From: Octopus sinensis
Taxonomy: Eukaryota
DNA: 64,000 bases
Reading direction: 5' to 3'
Assembly: GCF_006345805.1 (NCBI RefSeq)
Contig: NC_043004.1
Span: 101,432,001-101,496,000 of the forward strand
Shown here: positions 48,881 through 61,320 of the stretch, piece after piece
Numbering within the stretch: position 1 is the stretch's first letter
Layout: every line of letters begins with the position of its first letter
Position numbers and translations under genes: made by a program
Notes under the pieces: generated by a model
Databases searched by the model: none
Told to the model about the DNA's origin: nothing
Seen by the model: only the letters and a program-made list of their open reading frames with translations

Positions 48881-49040
48881 GGCACAGGTGTGGCTGTGTG
48901 TTAAGAAGTTAGCTTCTCAACCACATGGTTCTGGGTTCAGTCCCACTGCATGATACCTTGGGAAAATTTCTTCTACCATAGCTCTGGGCTGGCCAATGCT
49001 TTATGAGTGGTTTTCGTAGACAGAAATTGAAAGATCACCT
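48881..49040 (+). mobile_element. SINE family A 5' part, diverged
   Basis: GGCACAGGTGTGGCTGTGTG...GGGTTCAGTCCCACTGC. Confidence 0.75.
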
Positions 49041-49229
49041 GGTGTATATATGTATATATATATATATATATATTCTTTTATTCTTTTACTTGTTTCGGTC
49101 ATTTGACTGCAGCCATGCTGGAGCACCACCTTTAGTCAAACATATAAACACAGACATATATATATGTGTGTGTGTGTGTGTGTATGTATATATATGACAG
49201 GCTTCTTCCAGTCGTATATATATAATTAT

Positions 49230-49422
49230 AATTATAATAATAATAATAATAAAACAATAACAAGAACAACAACAACAATAACAACAATGAAAAATACCTT
49301 AGGAATGAGAACCCAGGTTTGAAATTTCCCCAAGACACCTGATGAAGACTGGAGGGTATACCAGCCAAAACGTTGTGTTAACAAACAAGATGACAAATAT
49401 CTGTCAAATGTAAATAATGTAA
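49230..49422 (+). mobile_element. 5'-truncated copy of the 485-790 SINE
   Basis: (AAT/AAC)n then GAAAAATACCTTAGGAATGAGAACCCAGGTT...AAATAATGTAA. Confidence 0.8.
49334..49379 (+). ncRNA. Degenerate minimal type I hammerhead motif
   Basis: GACAC-CTGATGA-A-GACTG(loop)CAGCC-AAAA-CGTT-GTGTT (GAAA changed to AAAA). Confidence 0.6.
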
Positions 49423-49721
49423 GTAAAAATATAGTAAAAGAAGGAAAAGTGAGAGATATTGAATAGTTTGCTTATAAGATCCAATTGTTTGTTGGTAAAG
49501 TGCCATACCCATAATATCAGTCACTGCTTCATCTCATGGTAGGTCTACATATACTTCTGCTTTGATTCCCAGCATGATTTGATACCAAGTTACCATTTAC
49601 AGTGACTATCAGACATTGGTTTGAATGTGACAGCTAATGTATCTCCTTGTTTTGTGAATTTACCACTACTAAAAGAGTGAAAATCATGACAAATTATTTT
49701 AGTCTCCTGATAAATTTATCC

Positions 49722-49885
49722 TTTTCTACTCTAGGCACAAGGCCCGAAATTTTTTGTGAGCAGGGCCAATCAGTTAGTTCAACCCTAGTATGCAACTGGT
49801 ACTTAATTTATCGACCCTGACCCCTCAGCAGAATTTGAACTTAGAATGTAAAGAAAGATGAAATACTGCTAAGCATTTCGCCAGG
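49722..49885 (-). mobile_element. SINE family C, diverged
   Basis: CTGGTACTTAATTTATCGACCC...GAATTTGAACT core. Confidence 0.7.
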
Positions 49886-49961
49886 TCTCCACCTTTCTTG
49901 ATAAATGTATCACTATCATCTACAATTAGGCACATGCCTATTGGGCAGAGCACTAACCACT

Positions 49962-50170
49962 AGGCACATGGCCTATTGGTTAGAGCAGTGGACTTACGGT
50001 TGAGGGGTCGCAGGTTCAAATCTCAAACCAGATGATGTATGTGTTTATGAGCGACACACCTAAGTTCCATGCGGCTCCAGCTGAAGGTAATGGTGAACTT
50101 CTACTGACTCTTTCGCCACAGCTTTCTCTCACTCTTTCATCCTGCATCTTGCAGCTCACCTGCGACAGAC
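49962..50170 (+). mobile_element. SINE family B, tail variant iii
   Basis: Homologous to 2260-2503. Confidence 0.75.
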
Positions 50171-50775
50171 CTGCAGAAAATAATTCTCTGGTTTTAAATT
50201 GATATTAATCAAATTAATATTCAGTTTTTCCCCCTTATTATTTTAAATTTGATTTAAATAGCTACGTTCTCTAACCGGCAAAATTCACTGCAGAGAATTA
50301 TTTTCTGCAGAAATATTTCTGGTAGTTTGGTGCACCAAAACAAAGGCTTTTGAAAAGTGACTCCAATTGTAATTAGTAGAACTGTATACATGTTCAATCT
50401 CATGCAGACATCTCGTGTATAGTTCTGCAAATTATAGTGGCTAAGATGATCACACTGTCAAGTTTGTGGATGATTACGTAAATGATTTCGTAAGCATTAA
50501 CAACAAACCCTGGTTTGTAATTAATCTATATTTTGTATCTTTTCATTTGTCTTGCTCGCTTATGTTCTGGCATTTGCTAAACTTTCTTGAGAACAATCCT
50601 TTCTTAGTGGTATGACCATATCAGATCTTCTTCTAGCATAATAGATGTCCACTCACAGGCCATCCTTTTATATGTGCGTAATATAATTTTTTCTGAAACT
50701 TCAGATTTTAAATATGCTAGACCACTGATTTTAAATTGATATTAATCAAATTAATATTCAATTTTTCACCCTTAT

Positions 50776-50901
<126 letters not shown>

Positions 50902-51044
50902 ATGATCACGTGACTGACCAGACCATCAGATGTTGCTACACATCGCTGGTCACAACGCGTTCGCATTGTTTTAGCCTTCGAATGACACCACCCCGCTGGC
51001 TAAGCGAGCAGGCCAATATATATATATATACATGTAAAATAAAA

Positions 51045-51362
51045 TAAAATAATGAAATTATTGTATACAGTGCTCAGGTGCACCACAACTTGTCAGAGTA
51101 TATGCAGTAATGTACAAATGTCTGGAAAGCGAACAATGTATGAGTCAGATACATGCTTATGTGTGTATGGAGGGGAGAAAATCAGGTGTAGTGTTGGCGA
51201 ATCTCAGGAAGCATGGAAGTTTTGAAGGATGCAGTGCTCCAACAACTAACAACTGATGCCGGCAGTTTGTTCCATGCTTCAGCAACTCTCAGCGTGAAAA
51301 AATGTTTCCTGAAGTCATGGGAGCTGTGCTGTTTTCTGACTTTGTAAATATGTCCACGGGTT
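51045..51362 (-). mobile_element. CR1-clade LINE 3' end, second copy
   Basis: Reverse complement of ~46320-46635. Confidence 0.9.
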
Positions 51363-51872
51363 TTTGATGGGTGGAGTTTTAGATGTGTGTCTTTCTGTCA
51401 GTGTTTGTCCCTCACCACCACTTGACAACTGGTGCTGGTGTGTTTATGTCCCCGTTACTTTGTGATTCAGCAAAAGAGACAAATAGAATAAATATCAGGT
51501 TTTTAAAAAAATGTACTGAGGTCAATCAATTCAGCTAAAACAATTCTTAAAGGTGGTTCCCAACAAATAAAAGATAAAAGATTAAAAAACTCTTCGTCAC
51601 CCTTTGTACTATTTAAATGTTTAATGCAAAGGGCAGATGCTATTTCTACTTCATGTACAAAGTATTGTAGGTGAATACACCACACTGTTCCAAATAGTGG
51701 GAAACTAAAATTCACAAGTGTTTCATCAACTTGCAGATATATATATATATATTAGAATCATGTTGTCTAGGTTTACATTTTGGTCCTGCTCAACCATTTC
51801 CACAATCAACTTGCATTTGAAGAATACATTTAGCCTGTCACATATATAAATATGTGTGCATGCATATGTGTG

Positions 51873-51906
<34 letters not shown>

Positions 51907-52184
51907 GATGTATGTATGTATGTATGTATGGATGGATTGATGAATGTATGTATGTATGTATGTACATATGTATGTGTGTGTGTGTGTATGTATGTAGGAT
52001 ACGGTCTATTCAAAAATGCAGAAAAATGTTCTACCTAGTAGTTATGAATAGAAGTCAGAAGCAAACGTCCATTTCCTGTTCTCACTGGAACTTATTGAAG
52101 AAGATCTTGGCCCATATACCCCACTCTCTCTCTTTCGGAGAGGCACTGAGCACCTACACGCACATATACACACACGGCAGTAAC

Positions 52185-52324
52185 TTCCGCCTGCCGAATT
52201 CAATCACAAAGCTTCGGTCGACTCGGGGCTATAGTGGAAGACACCTGCCCAAAGTGCCACGCAGTGGGACTGAACCTGAAGCCATGTAGCTAGGAAGCAA
52301 GCTCCCTAACCACACAGCCATGCC
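52185..52324 (-). mobile_element. SINE family A 5' part
   Basis: Head through GAAGACACCTGCCCAAAGTGCC core. Confidence 0.75.
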
Positions 52325-52589
52325 AAACCTTTGGCATAATTTCTATCAGCTGCTGGAGTAATCAGCTGAGGATATCGAGTGAAGATGGCTATTAAAATAA
52401 GTAACCTAAGGCTTAGCTACAAATATTCTACATACTAAGTTGGCAAATGTGTGGCTAGGGTGCGAGTGGGCAAAGTGCCCCCCAGAGCTGAAAGAAACAT
52501 GATTGATGACAGCCATAATGTATAACATGAATGAGGAGATCAAGATACTGAAGGCCACAAGGACCCAAAGGGTAAACTACAAGGGGATG

Positions 52590-53515
52590 TGGAATTGAGT
52601 TAACCATTCAAGCAACAGTGGAAGACCTAAATAGAATTGTCAAAGAAATAGTGCTGCCTGATGACTTAAGATTGAGAGTGGTGGTGGTGGAGGGCAGGCT
52701 GCCTATATGTTATACATGTGGGGGAAAAAGCTACATGAAGGTGAGGTACCCCCAGAGAGAACAACAAATAGAGCAGACGGAGAGGCAGGAGAGCACGGAC
52801 CAGGTGGTGCAGGTCGAGATAAAGGAGGAAGCAACAGAGGAGGGGTTCATGGTGGTTAAAAGAAGAAAGAGAAGTGGGAGAGCGAGCTCTCTGCCAGAGC
52901 AGCAGAAAAAGAAGAAAGAAGTGATGGAAAAGGAGGCTGCGACCAGAAGGAAGGAAGACGAAATGGTGGTGGATAAAGAAAGTGTAAAGGAATTTGAAAA
53001 AGTGTTTGAGGAGGAGGAGACATTGGTGAAGAGACCAGTTGTTGTTCCAGTGGAGGAAAGAGATTCGGGAGTGCAACTGTACGAGGGTGAAATGGGGAGA
53101 CTGTCCAGAGTGGAGGAAGAAAAGGAGAAGGTACCAGGAGCAGAGCAGGAAAAGAGAAAACAAATAAGAAGAGGGAAATTTTGATGGAATTTTGTGACGT
53201 ATGCAAAAAGCAAAGAAACTGAAGAGAATGCATTGAAGTTTAAACATATTACAAGAGTGAAGTTACCCATGGATGTGTATTCCAAGAATGTGAAGGCCAT
53301 CGTGGTTGACAAAGATACCTACAACAGACTAAAAAAACATGTGTGGAGACGGGATTGACTCGCCAGGAGTGTTGGTGGAGTTGGATGAATTGCCACCAGT
53401 AGTGGAGCTAACAGATTTGGGAGCTTTCATGAGATATAGGAAAGGAAAAAGAAAAAAAAAAAGAAAAAAGTTAAATTGTTTTATTGAAAAAGAAGAAAAA
53501 TAAGTAAAATTTCTA
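52590..53515 (+). mobile_element. L1/Tx1-like ORF1 remnant with A-rich tail
   Basis: ORF 52618-53184: VVVEGRLPICYTCGGKSYMKVRYP resembles a decayed CCHC knuckle, then E/K-rich region; A-rich tract 53440-53505; no ORF2. Confidence 0.55.
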
Positions 53516-53556
53516 AATATCTCACAGAGATATGTATGGTGGTGGGGCGTTAGAAT

Positions 53557-53826
53557 GGTTGTATACTGTCAATTTAACGTGACAGTAGGGGATTACACCA
53601 CCGCTGTTTAACCCTAGGAAGCATCGACGCTTCCTGATGGCTTTGACACATTTTTTTTCCTGTGTCCTTAGGTCTGGCTGCTGGGGGTGTTTGTCTCCCC
53701 TTCGTAAATATATAAGGACACAGGAAAAAAAATGTGTGGAAGCCATCAGGAAGCGTCGATGCTTCCTAGGGCTAAACAGCGGTAGTGTAATCCCCTACTG
53801 TCACGTTAAATTGACAGTATACAACC
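53557..53826. mobile_element. Fold-back element, 114-bp arms, 42-bp spacer
   Basis: 53557-53670 pairs with 53713-53826; AAT on both flanks. Confidence 0.85.
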
Positions 53827-53911
53827 AATAAGTAAAATTTTTTCATTTAAAAAAAAAAGAGGAAAAAGCGATAAGAAAAATAGAACGATTGGAAATAGTT
53901 TATATAAACGT

Positions 53912-54050
53912 TCTTAGCGGTTCGGCAAAATAGACCGATAGAATAAGTACTGGGCTTACAAAGAATAAGTCCCGGGGTCGAGTTGCTCGATTAAAGGTGG
54001 TGTTCCAGCATGGCCGCACTCAAATGACTGAAACAAGTGGAAAAAGAAAA
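53912..54050 (+). mobile_element. SINE family A 3' part
   Basis: CTTAGCGGTTCGGCAAAA...TGACTGAAACAAGT. Confidence 0.8.
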
Positions 54051-54399
54051 AAAGAGTTCAAATGGTACTGTATGGGAGTGGGGCCCATGCAGCCATTTCA
54101 TTTTTCATTTTTATATAATATCTCATTTTCATTCGTTTTATGTTTTTGTCCCCACTGTGGTGTTGTGCCTGTCTTTGTAGCGTCCCCTCTGTGTTGTGGC
54201 CGTAGTGCCAAATAAAGAAACAGTACATTGGTGTTGTCTTGGCGGAGGTTTGTGCTATCCGAGAGCTCTTGTTTTTTGTATACATTCATTGAGAAAAGGA
54301 AAATCCGCGCTTATATCCAAGGGAGACAACTCTGATCCCCTTTATTTTATCATTCATATTTGTTGCGTAGAGAATCATTCCAGGAGTAAAATTCTCGAC

Positions 54400-54620
54400 A
54401 GGTTTTAGAGAATTAAGCTAAGCTAATGCGACAGCAACATTTATCTGTGCATATGTTCCATAATCTAGAGCAGCGAATGAACAGAAGCTGGTGGACGGAT
54501 CCCTCTTGGAGATTACTTTGTTGACGAATAGCAATGATCTTATATCATCATAGCTGGTGACTTCAACGGACATGATGGACAGTTATTTGATGGATTCCAT
54601 GATGGGGCAAATGCCACGAG
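54400..54620 (+). pseudogene. RTE-type endonuclease fragment
   Basis: FICAYVP and IAGDFNGHDG..FDGFH motifs across frameshifts. Confidence 0.6.
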
Positions 54621-55189
54621 CCACTGTCTCAAATCTTTTCAAGCTCAGGTCACGACCCTAGCGCCCACCACCACCACCACAAACATAAGCCATGTTCTGC
54701 AGCAAATTCAAAACAAATGTATTTCACAAATAAAACTTAACCTTCAACGCACCACCGAATCTTTCCGCTGCCCTCAGAAGGTGGTATTGTCCACTTTTGG
54801 GTAGATTATGAAATTCTTAATGAATAACAGAGAGTCAGAAAGCAGCCATCACCCGCTTTTGACCACCCCATCATCAGCCCACTTTTCTTCAACACCCCCT
54901 GGATCGTTCCTCTGCTACCACAGGAACAATACCGCTCACTTTGAGAACCATAGGACTAGATTTTGGGGTGGCCCATCTATTGGCAACATCCTTTGTAAGG
55001 AGAATCGTGGTTTATGATGCACAGGCGTGCACTGAGGCAGCGATATCTGCAGAGATCCCAAAATGATGAGTAGGTGTTGTCAACCCTTTATCAAGCACGT
55101 TTTCCTCAACTTGTTTCTTGAACAGAGCTACAGTCCTAGGTCAGAACGAAGATCAAAACTTGATACCCAAGCATCTGGAATGTTGTCAG

Positions 55190-55362
55190 TTACTCATGAT
55201 TTTCTACCAGTCAGCCACTCATGATTTTCTACCAGTCAGCCACTTATAATTTTCTACCAACCAGACACTCATGATTTTCTACCAGTCAGTCACACATAAT
55301 TTTCTGCCTGTCAGTCACTCATAATTTTCTACTCATAATTGTCGTAATTTTCTACCAGTCAG
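55190..55362. repeat. 25-bp minisatellite, ~6-7 copies
   Basis: Unit ACTCATGATTTTCTACCAGTCAGCC. Confidence 0.85.
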
Positions 55363-56312
55363 GTAATGCAGCTGGTAAAATTCCTACTTTAACCTTCGAT
55401 AGACCTAATGACACCTGATGACCACGAGAAACCTCACCAGTAATGTGTCCGGGTGCATCACGGAATGATGTATGAAAAATAACATGAACATTAAAAAAAT
55501 TTTATTTATTCGATTTCTGTGTAAACATTACAGACATTTTATAACCTGCTCTTGTAATGTCCTTCCAACCATAGCCCTTGTGTCAATAAAAGAAATGATT
55601 GATTCAACCCACCGCTCTTTCCCCGCCTCACCACACTGACTAATGTATATTCCTGCTTTTCTTTCCTGAACATTATTGTAAGGCAACTCCTTGCAGATTC
55701 TAGATTCTAATTTGTTTACATTCTTTACAATTTCTTATTTCCTGACAACTGATCACTCCTTACTGATATCAATACTCCACTCACGCATTCTTTTTTTCCA
55801 TCCTTCTCCCCCAACACTGCTTGTGATTGCGTGCGCGCATCTGTCCGTGCGTGCACCCGTCCATGTGTGCGTGCTTGCGTGCTTGTGTGTGTGCGTGCAT
55901 GCGTGTCAATTTCACAAAACACGCGTTGTATACAGTAAACTTCGTTATCAAAGTATTGCTGTGCATCCGATGAAAGACAAGTCAGGATAGCCGACAGATT
56001 TGAATCCAACATGAAATATGAGAGCTGAAACTAGAGACATTAATGTGTGCAATCTAATCGATTCACTGTTCCATTTATCAAATGAATTGAACAAAGCTGT
56101 TCCCTTGAAGTTAACCTAAAAACTCATTATGTCATGCTCTCATTAAATTTGTTTACCTGACAACGTGATACTCAGTGCACTTATCTATTGCCATTCAAAG
56201 TTTTTTAATGTAATTAAACCAACATCTTCAATATTAAGAATTAATAATTATTACATAATAATTACGCTAATCATAATGACCTGATTTCTCTTTCTGTCTT
56301 TCTCTACTGAAG

Positions 56313-56373
56313 TTTCGATTGGAGGCCAAACGTAATAAGGGAGGCAATCCATACAGTACAAATGATTTCAAAG
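56313..56373 (+). CDS. Candidate 61-nt internal exon
   Basis: Long pyrimidine tract + AG, strong AAG|GTAAGT donor; two frames open (FRLEAKRNKGGNPYSTNDFK or FDWRPNVIREAIHTVQMISK). Confidence 0.35.
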
Positions 56374-56927
56374 GTAAGTAACTATGACCGCCAAGTTATT
56401 CCTATTGCAGAGCTGTCTTGAGTTTAAATTAAAATAATATTAACATAATGTAAAGTACAGAAGCCATCTAACCACATTGGGGAGGGGGTGTTACTGTAGC
56501 TTTATAGCCCCAAGAGATCTTCGTCTCAAGCTGGCTTTAGACACAATATCTGTGTCCTTGGAGTATTTGCAAAGGGAGGCCATCCCTTCCTCGCAAGCCT
56601 GAGTGATACGGTCGAACTAGTTTCAGTGGGAATAAATATTAACATAATAATCTTGCCGTAAAGTTGTTATAACGGAAACAAACACCACTGTAGAGACAAA
56701 AGGCAAATTATATGAATATATCTATTTTCTTTTAGATAAATAAAGACAGAGAAGAAGCACACTTTAAGAAGTAGAGTACCTACATTTATTACTGGTGAAG
56801 GCCTGTTTAAAAAACCCAAAGTAACCTTCTAAACAGGCCTTCACCAATAATGTGTGTGTGTGTGTGTGGGTGTATGTCTGTCTGTCTGTCTGTATGTATG
56901 TATGTATGTATGTATGTATGTATGTAT

Positions 56928-57288
56928 GCATCAGTAAAGCTCGACTCAAGAGTCATCTTCATAGCCATAAAGCGAGACAGATGATTGACAACCAGGCCAC
57001 TGGTGGTGGTGCTACACACGATACTAATCATATCAGTCAGGTATGTAGAAGGGAGTGTCATTTGGCAGGAGGACTTAAACGACATGCAAAGGTACATGAA
57101 GCCCAGTTACAACTACAGCTGGCTATTGCTGGTAAAGGTTTTAGCTGCCAATTCTGTACAAGACATTGTAGAACTTTAGCTGGGCTAAATAGTCACATTT
57201 GATCACAGCACCGATAACAGTTAACCCTCGTGTAATGGCCATACCCCATAACGAGGGGGCAGCCAACATTATGTATGTATGTATGTAC
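56928..57288 (+). mobile_element. Zinc-finger-encoding fragment, probably a LINE 3' end, with (TGTA)n tail
   Basis: RLKSHLHSH, VCRRECHLAGGLKRHAKVH, CQFCTRHCRTLAGLNSHI*; (TGTA)n on both sides. Confidence 0.55.
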
Positions 57289-57439
57289 AGTGGCGGAGAG
57301 TGCTACTCAGCACCAGCATCGCTAGAAATAAAAGTCAAAACAACTCTTAGCCCCGTGAGAGCACTTTTCTCACGACTGTTATTTTATCTTATGTCCATTG
57401 TCTGGACAACGGACTTAAGATAAAATAAGAAAAGCTCAT

Positions 57440-57835
57440 GAGTGGCTGTGTTGGAAGTAGCTTGCTTACCAACCACATGGTTCTGGGTTCAGTCCCACTG
57501 CATGGCACCTTGGGCAAGTGTCTACTGCTATAGCCTTGGGCTGACCAAAGCCTTGTGAGTGGATTTGGTAGACGGAAACTGAAAGAAGCCCGTCGTATAT
57601 ATGTATATGTGTATATATATGTGTGTGTTTGTGTTTGTCTCCCCCCACTCACCAACATTGCTTGACTACTGATGCTGGTGTGTTTACGTCCCTGTAACTT
57701 AGCGGTTTGGCAAAAAGAGACCGATAGAATAAGCACTAGGCTTACAAAGAATAAGTCCTGGAGTCGATTTCCTTGACTAAAGGCGGTGCTCCAGCATGGC
57801 AGTAATCAAATGACTGAAACAAGTAAAAGAGTAAG
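57440..57835 (+). mobile_element. SINE family A, full length
   Basis: Family consensus. Confidence 0.9.
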
Positions 57836-57887
57836 AATGAATATATAGAGCATTTGGCAAAAAAAAAAGATCATCTCAAAATACAAA

Positions 57888-58279
57888 TCTCTCTATATAT
57901 AAAGTTGAAGTTATCTGTGTATGGCAGGTTTGGTAGCCTTCAACTAACACTATCTCCTCCGAGATTCTGTGGTGCAAGTTGACCAAAACTGAAAGTATGA
58001 TAGAAGAAGGCTTGCTCTTCCTTCCGTAGAACAAAAAGTTCAAATCGGACCATGTTAACACCAAAAATTATTTACATCAAAAAGGTGCTTTTTTTCAATG
58101 AAAATCCCTACTTTTTACGATTTTTTTACTGCTGTGTCGCCATTTTTCAGTGTATTTCAACCAGAAAAATGTTCACTTAAAGAGAATAACAAGCTACATA
58201 ATGCAAAATTTTTACTTTTCAAAAATTCCAATTCTAAAGGGTCAAAACAAACCCGAGCAATGCCGGGCGATACTGCTAG
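57888..58279 (+). mobile_element. Non-autonomous Helitron (different body)
   Basis: A|TCTCTCTATATATAAAG start; ends CCCGAGCAATGCCGGGCGATACTGCTAG|T. Confidence 0.8.
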
Positions 58280-59002
58280 TAAGTCAGTAAAAATATGCAC
58301 TCTTAGCACTGCCTTTTAATTCATTATTGAATTCAATCTTTTGTATGCATCGACGTGGCATACCAGCAAATGGTTTGTACTCCATTTATAAATAACCACG
58401 GACTGGCGATTCAATTTGTCTCCAGTTCGATTCAGATACGTGATGTTGATAAACCACAAGAATGGTGAAATAACAGTATCCATTACTCCTGAATGGAATC
58501 AGAAGCAAGTTGTCTTACCTGTCTTATGACTTAAAGATATTTGAACACCCAGTGTAATGAAGGAGTCATCTCCCAGATGCTATGTCACAGTGAACCAGCA
58601 AACAAGCAAAACGCATACATTGACTTTGTGCAGTCAATAATATGTGTGTGTGTGTGTGTGTATTCTTTTACTTGTTTCAGTCATTAAATCATTAAACTAC
58701 AGCCATGCTGGGGCACCATCTTGAAGAATTTGAATGACCAAATCAACCTCAGAACTTATTTCAAGCCTGGTATTTATTCTGACTCAGTTTCGATTAACTG
58801 TTAAATTACAAGGATGTAAACAAACCTTCACTGCTCATCAAACAGAGAGAGAGTGGGAAAGATAAATACATACATACAACATACACACATATACATTATA
58901 AACATATATACAGGAAAATTGTTACTCAGGTGCTGAATAGATTCTGAGTCTCAATGTGATTTCAGATCAGAACACTCCATAGTTGATGTGATTTCCTAAT
59001 TA

Positions 59003-59398
59003 TTCTTTTCTACTCTAGGCACAAGGCCTGAAATTTTGGGGGAGGTAGCCAATTGATTAGATCAACCCCAGTACGCAACTTGTACTTTATTTATTGATCT
59101 TGACAGGATGAAAGGCAAAGTTGACCTTGGCAGAATTTGAACTCAGAACATAATGACAGACGAAATACCAATTTCTTTACTACCCACAAGGGGCTAAACA
59201 GAGAGGACAAACAAGGACAGACAAACGGATTAGGTCGATTATATCGACCCCAGTGCGTAACTGGTACTTATTTAATCGAGCCTGAAAGGATGAAAGGCAA
59301 AGTCGACCTCGGTGGAATTTGAACTCAGAACATAAAGACAGACGAAATACTGCTAAGCATTTTGCTTGGCGTGCTAACGTTTCTGCCAGCTTGCCATT
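59003..59398 (-). mobile_element. Two tandem SINE family C copies
   Basis: Core AAAGGCAAAGT..ACCT.GG..GAATTTGAACTCAGAAC occurs twice (~59110, ~59295) with different tails. Confidence 0.8.
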
Positions 59399-59464
59399 TC
59401 CTATTGATTATTGCAATAAAATGTAGAGGTCAAAGATAACCATTCAACATCTCTTTTGCTTACC

Positions 59465-60325
59465 AATGAAGGTCTTCGGCCTTGTGCAAAGAGATGGCTC
59501 TGTTCAAAATCCTTGCAAAGACTGGATACACAATGAGGATTGTTCAACCATTCCATTCAAATATGAAAATCAGGTGTAATTTTGTTTGATGGTTCTTCTT
59601 CAAAATTGTCTGGCATTCGTAGTAGAGTGAAACAAGACTCTGTGCTTGTCTTCACCCTGGTCATACACCAGATCGGTTGAGAAACTTCTCAGTCAGACCT
59701 AACTAAGGATGAAAACCAAAGTATATGAAGTATACATCAGAGACATGCTGTATGCAGATGATGCAGCACTGGCAACAGATTTGGAGGAGTGATTGCAACA
59801 CCTCTTGGACAGTCCTACAAAAAGCTGTTAAGACTTGAGTTTGACCAGCAGTCTGAAGAAGACAAAAGTGAATGGGTGAAGTGTTGAAAACTCCCCTATC
59901 ATTACCATCAACAACTCCCATCAAGAGATAGTCTGTGAGTTCATATGCCTTCACTCCAACACTATTGACAACCTCTCCGTGGAGCCTGAGATCAACAGAA
60001 ACTCTTCCCTCTCTCTCTACATAAGAAGAACAACCTTGATACTAGCCATACTGACAATAAGACTCTGGGTGAATAGTATGCTAACACCAAGCTCAAAAGT
60101 TGCAATCTACAGAGCTTGTATTCTCAATATACATCATGGCTGTGTGACCAAGAGCATCTATTCTAGGCACAAGTGGCATCTTAACATTTTCACTTATGCA
60201 ACCTGAAATCCTTGACATCAAGCCACAAACAATGAGATCCTGGATTACACCTGGATACCAAGCTTCCTCATCCTATTGTAACAATCCTCCTATTTCTTGT
60301 AGTTGAGCCATGTATACCATGTGTC
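59465..60325 (+). pseudogene. RTE-BovB-like reverse transcriptase remnant
   Basis: LRMKTKVYEVYIRDMLYADDAAL, K+AIYRACIL; many stops and frameshifts. Confidence 0.75.
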
Positions 60326-60512
60326 AGATGGGGCCAATTTGTTTGACTAAAGAGTAAAAGAGTATATATTATTTTATTGTTTTACTTGTTTCAGTCATTT
60401 GACTGTGGCCATGCTGGAGCAGCACCTTAAAGGGCTTTTTAGTCAAAAAATTTGACCCCAGGACTTATTCTTTGTAAACCTAGTACATATATATATATAT
60501 ATATATATATAA

Positions 60513-60673
60513 GGCACAGGAGTGGCTGTGTGGTATGTAGCTTGCTTACCAACCACATTATTCCAGGTTCAGTCCCACTGCATGGCACCTTGGGCAAGTG
60601 TCTTCTACTATAGCCTCAGGCCAACCAAAGCTTTGTGAGTGGATTTGGTAGATGGAAACTGAAAGAAGTCTGT

Positions 60674-60709
<36 letters not shown>

Positions 60710-60908
60710 GATATATATATATATAATATATACATATGTATATGTCTGTGTGTCTGTGTTTTTCCTCCTACTATCACTTGACAACTGATGTTGGTGTGTT
60801 TACAAACCAGTAACTTAGTGGTCTGGCAAAATAGACCGATAGAATAAGTACTAGGCTTACAACGAATAAGTCTGGGGCCAATTTGTTTGACTAAAGAGTA
60901 AAAAGAGT
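60513..60908 (+). mobile_element. SINE family A, 3'-deleted tail
   Basis: Family consensus; tail shortened to TTTGACTAAAGAGTAAAA. Confidence 0.85.
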
Positions 60909-60913
60909 ATATA

Positions 60914-61320
60914 TTCTTTTATTCTTTTACTTGTTTCAGTCATTTGACTGTGGCCATGCTGCAGCAGCACCTTAAAGGGCTTTTTAGTCAAAAGATTTGA
61001 CCCCAGGACTTATTCTTTGTAAGCATAGTACTTATTCTTTCAGTCCTTTTTGCTGAACTGCTAAGCTACAAGGACATAAGCACACCAGCACCGGTTGTCA
61101 AGTGATTGTGGGGGGGACAAGCATAGACACATATACATAAATATATACATATGTATACAACAGGCTTCTTTCAGTTTCCGTCTACCAAATCGACTCACAA
61201 GGCTTTGGTTGACCCAAGGCTACAGTAGAAGACACTTGTCCAGAGTGCCATACAGTGGGACTGAACCCAGAACCATGTAGTTGGGAAGCAAGCTTCTTAC
61301 CACATAGCCACACCTGTGCC
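60914..61320 (-). mobile_element. SINE family A, tail-to-tail with previous copy
   Basis: Family consensus on minus strand. Confidence 0.85.

Noticed and set aside
52666-53312. Long minus-strand F/L/S-rich ORFs
   Set aside because: Antisense of the purine-rich ORF1 remnant.
56376-56390. GTAACTATGAC resembling the 28S rDNA R2 target
   Set aside because: Only an 11-bp match with no other rDNA sequence; it overlaps a splice donor.
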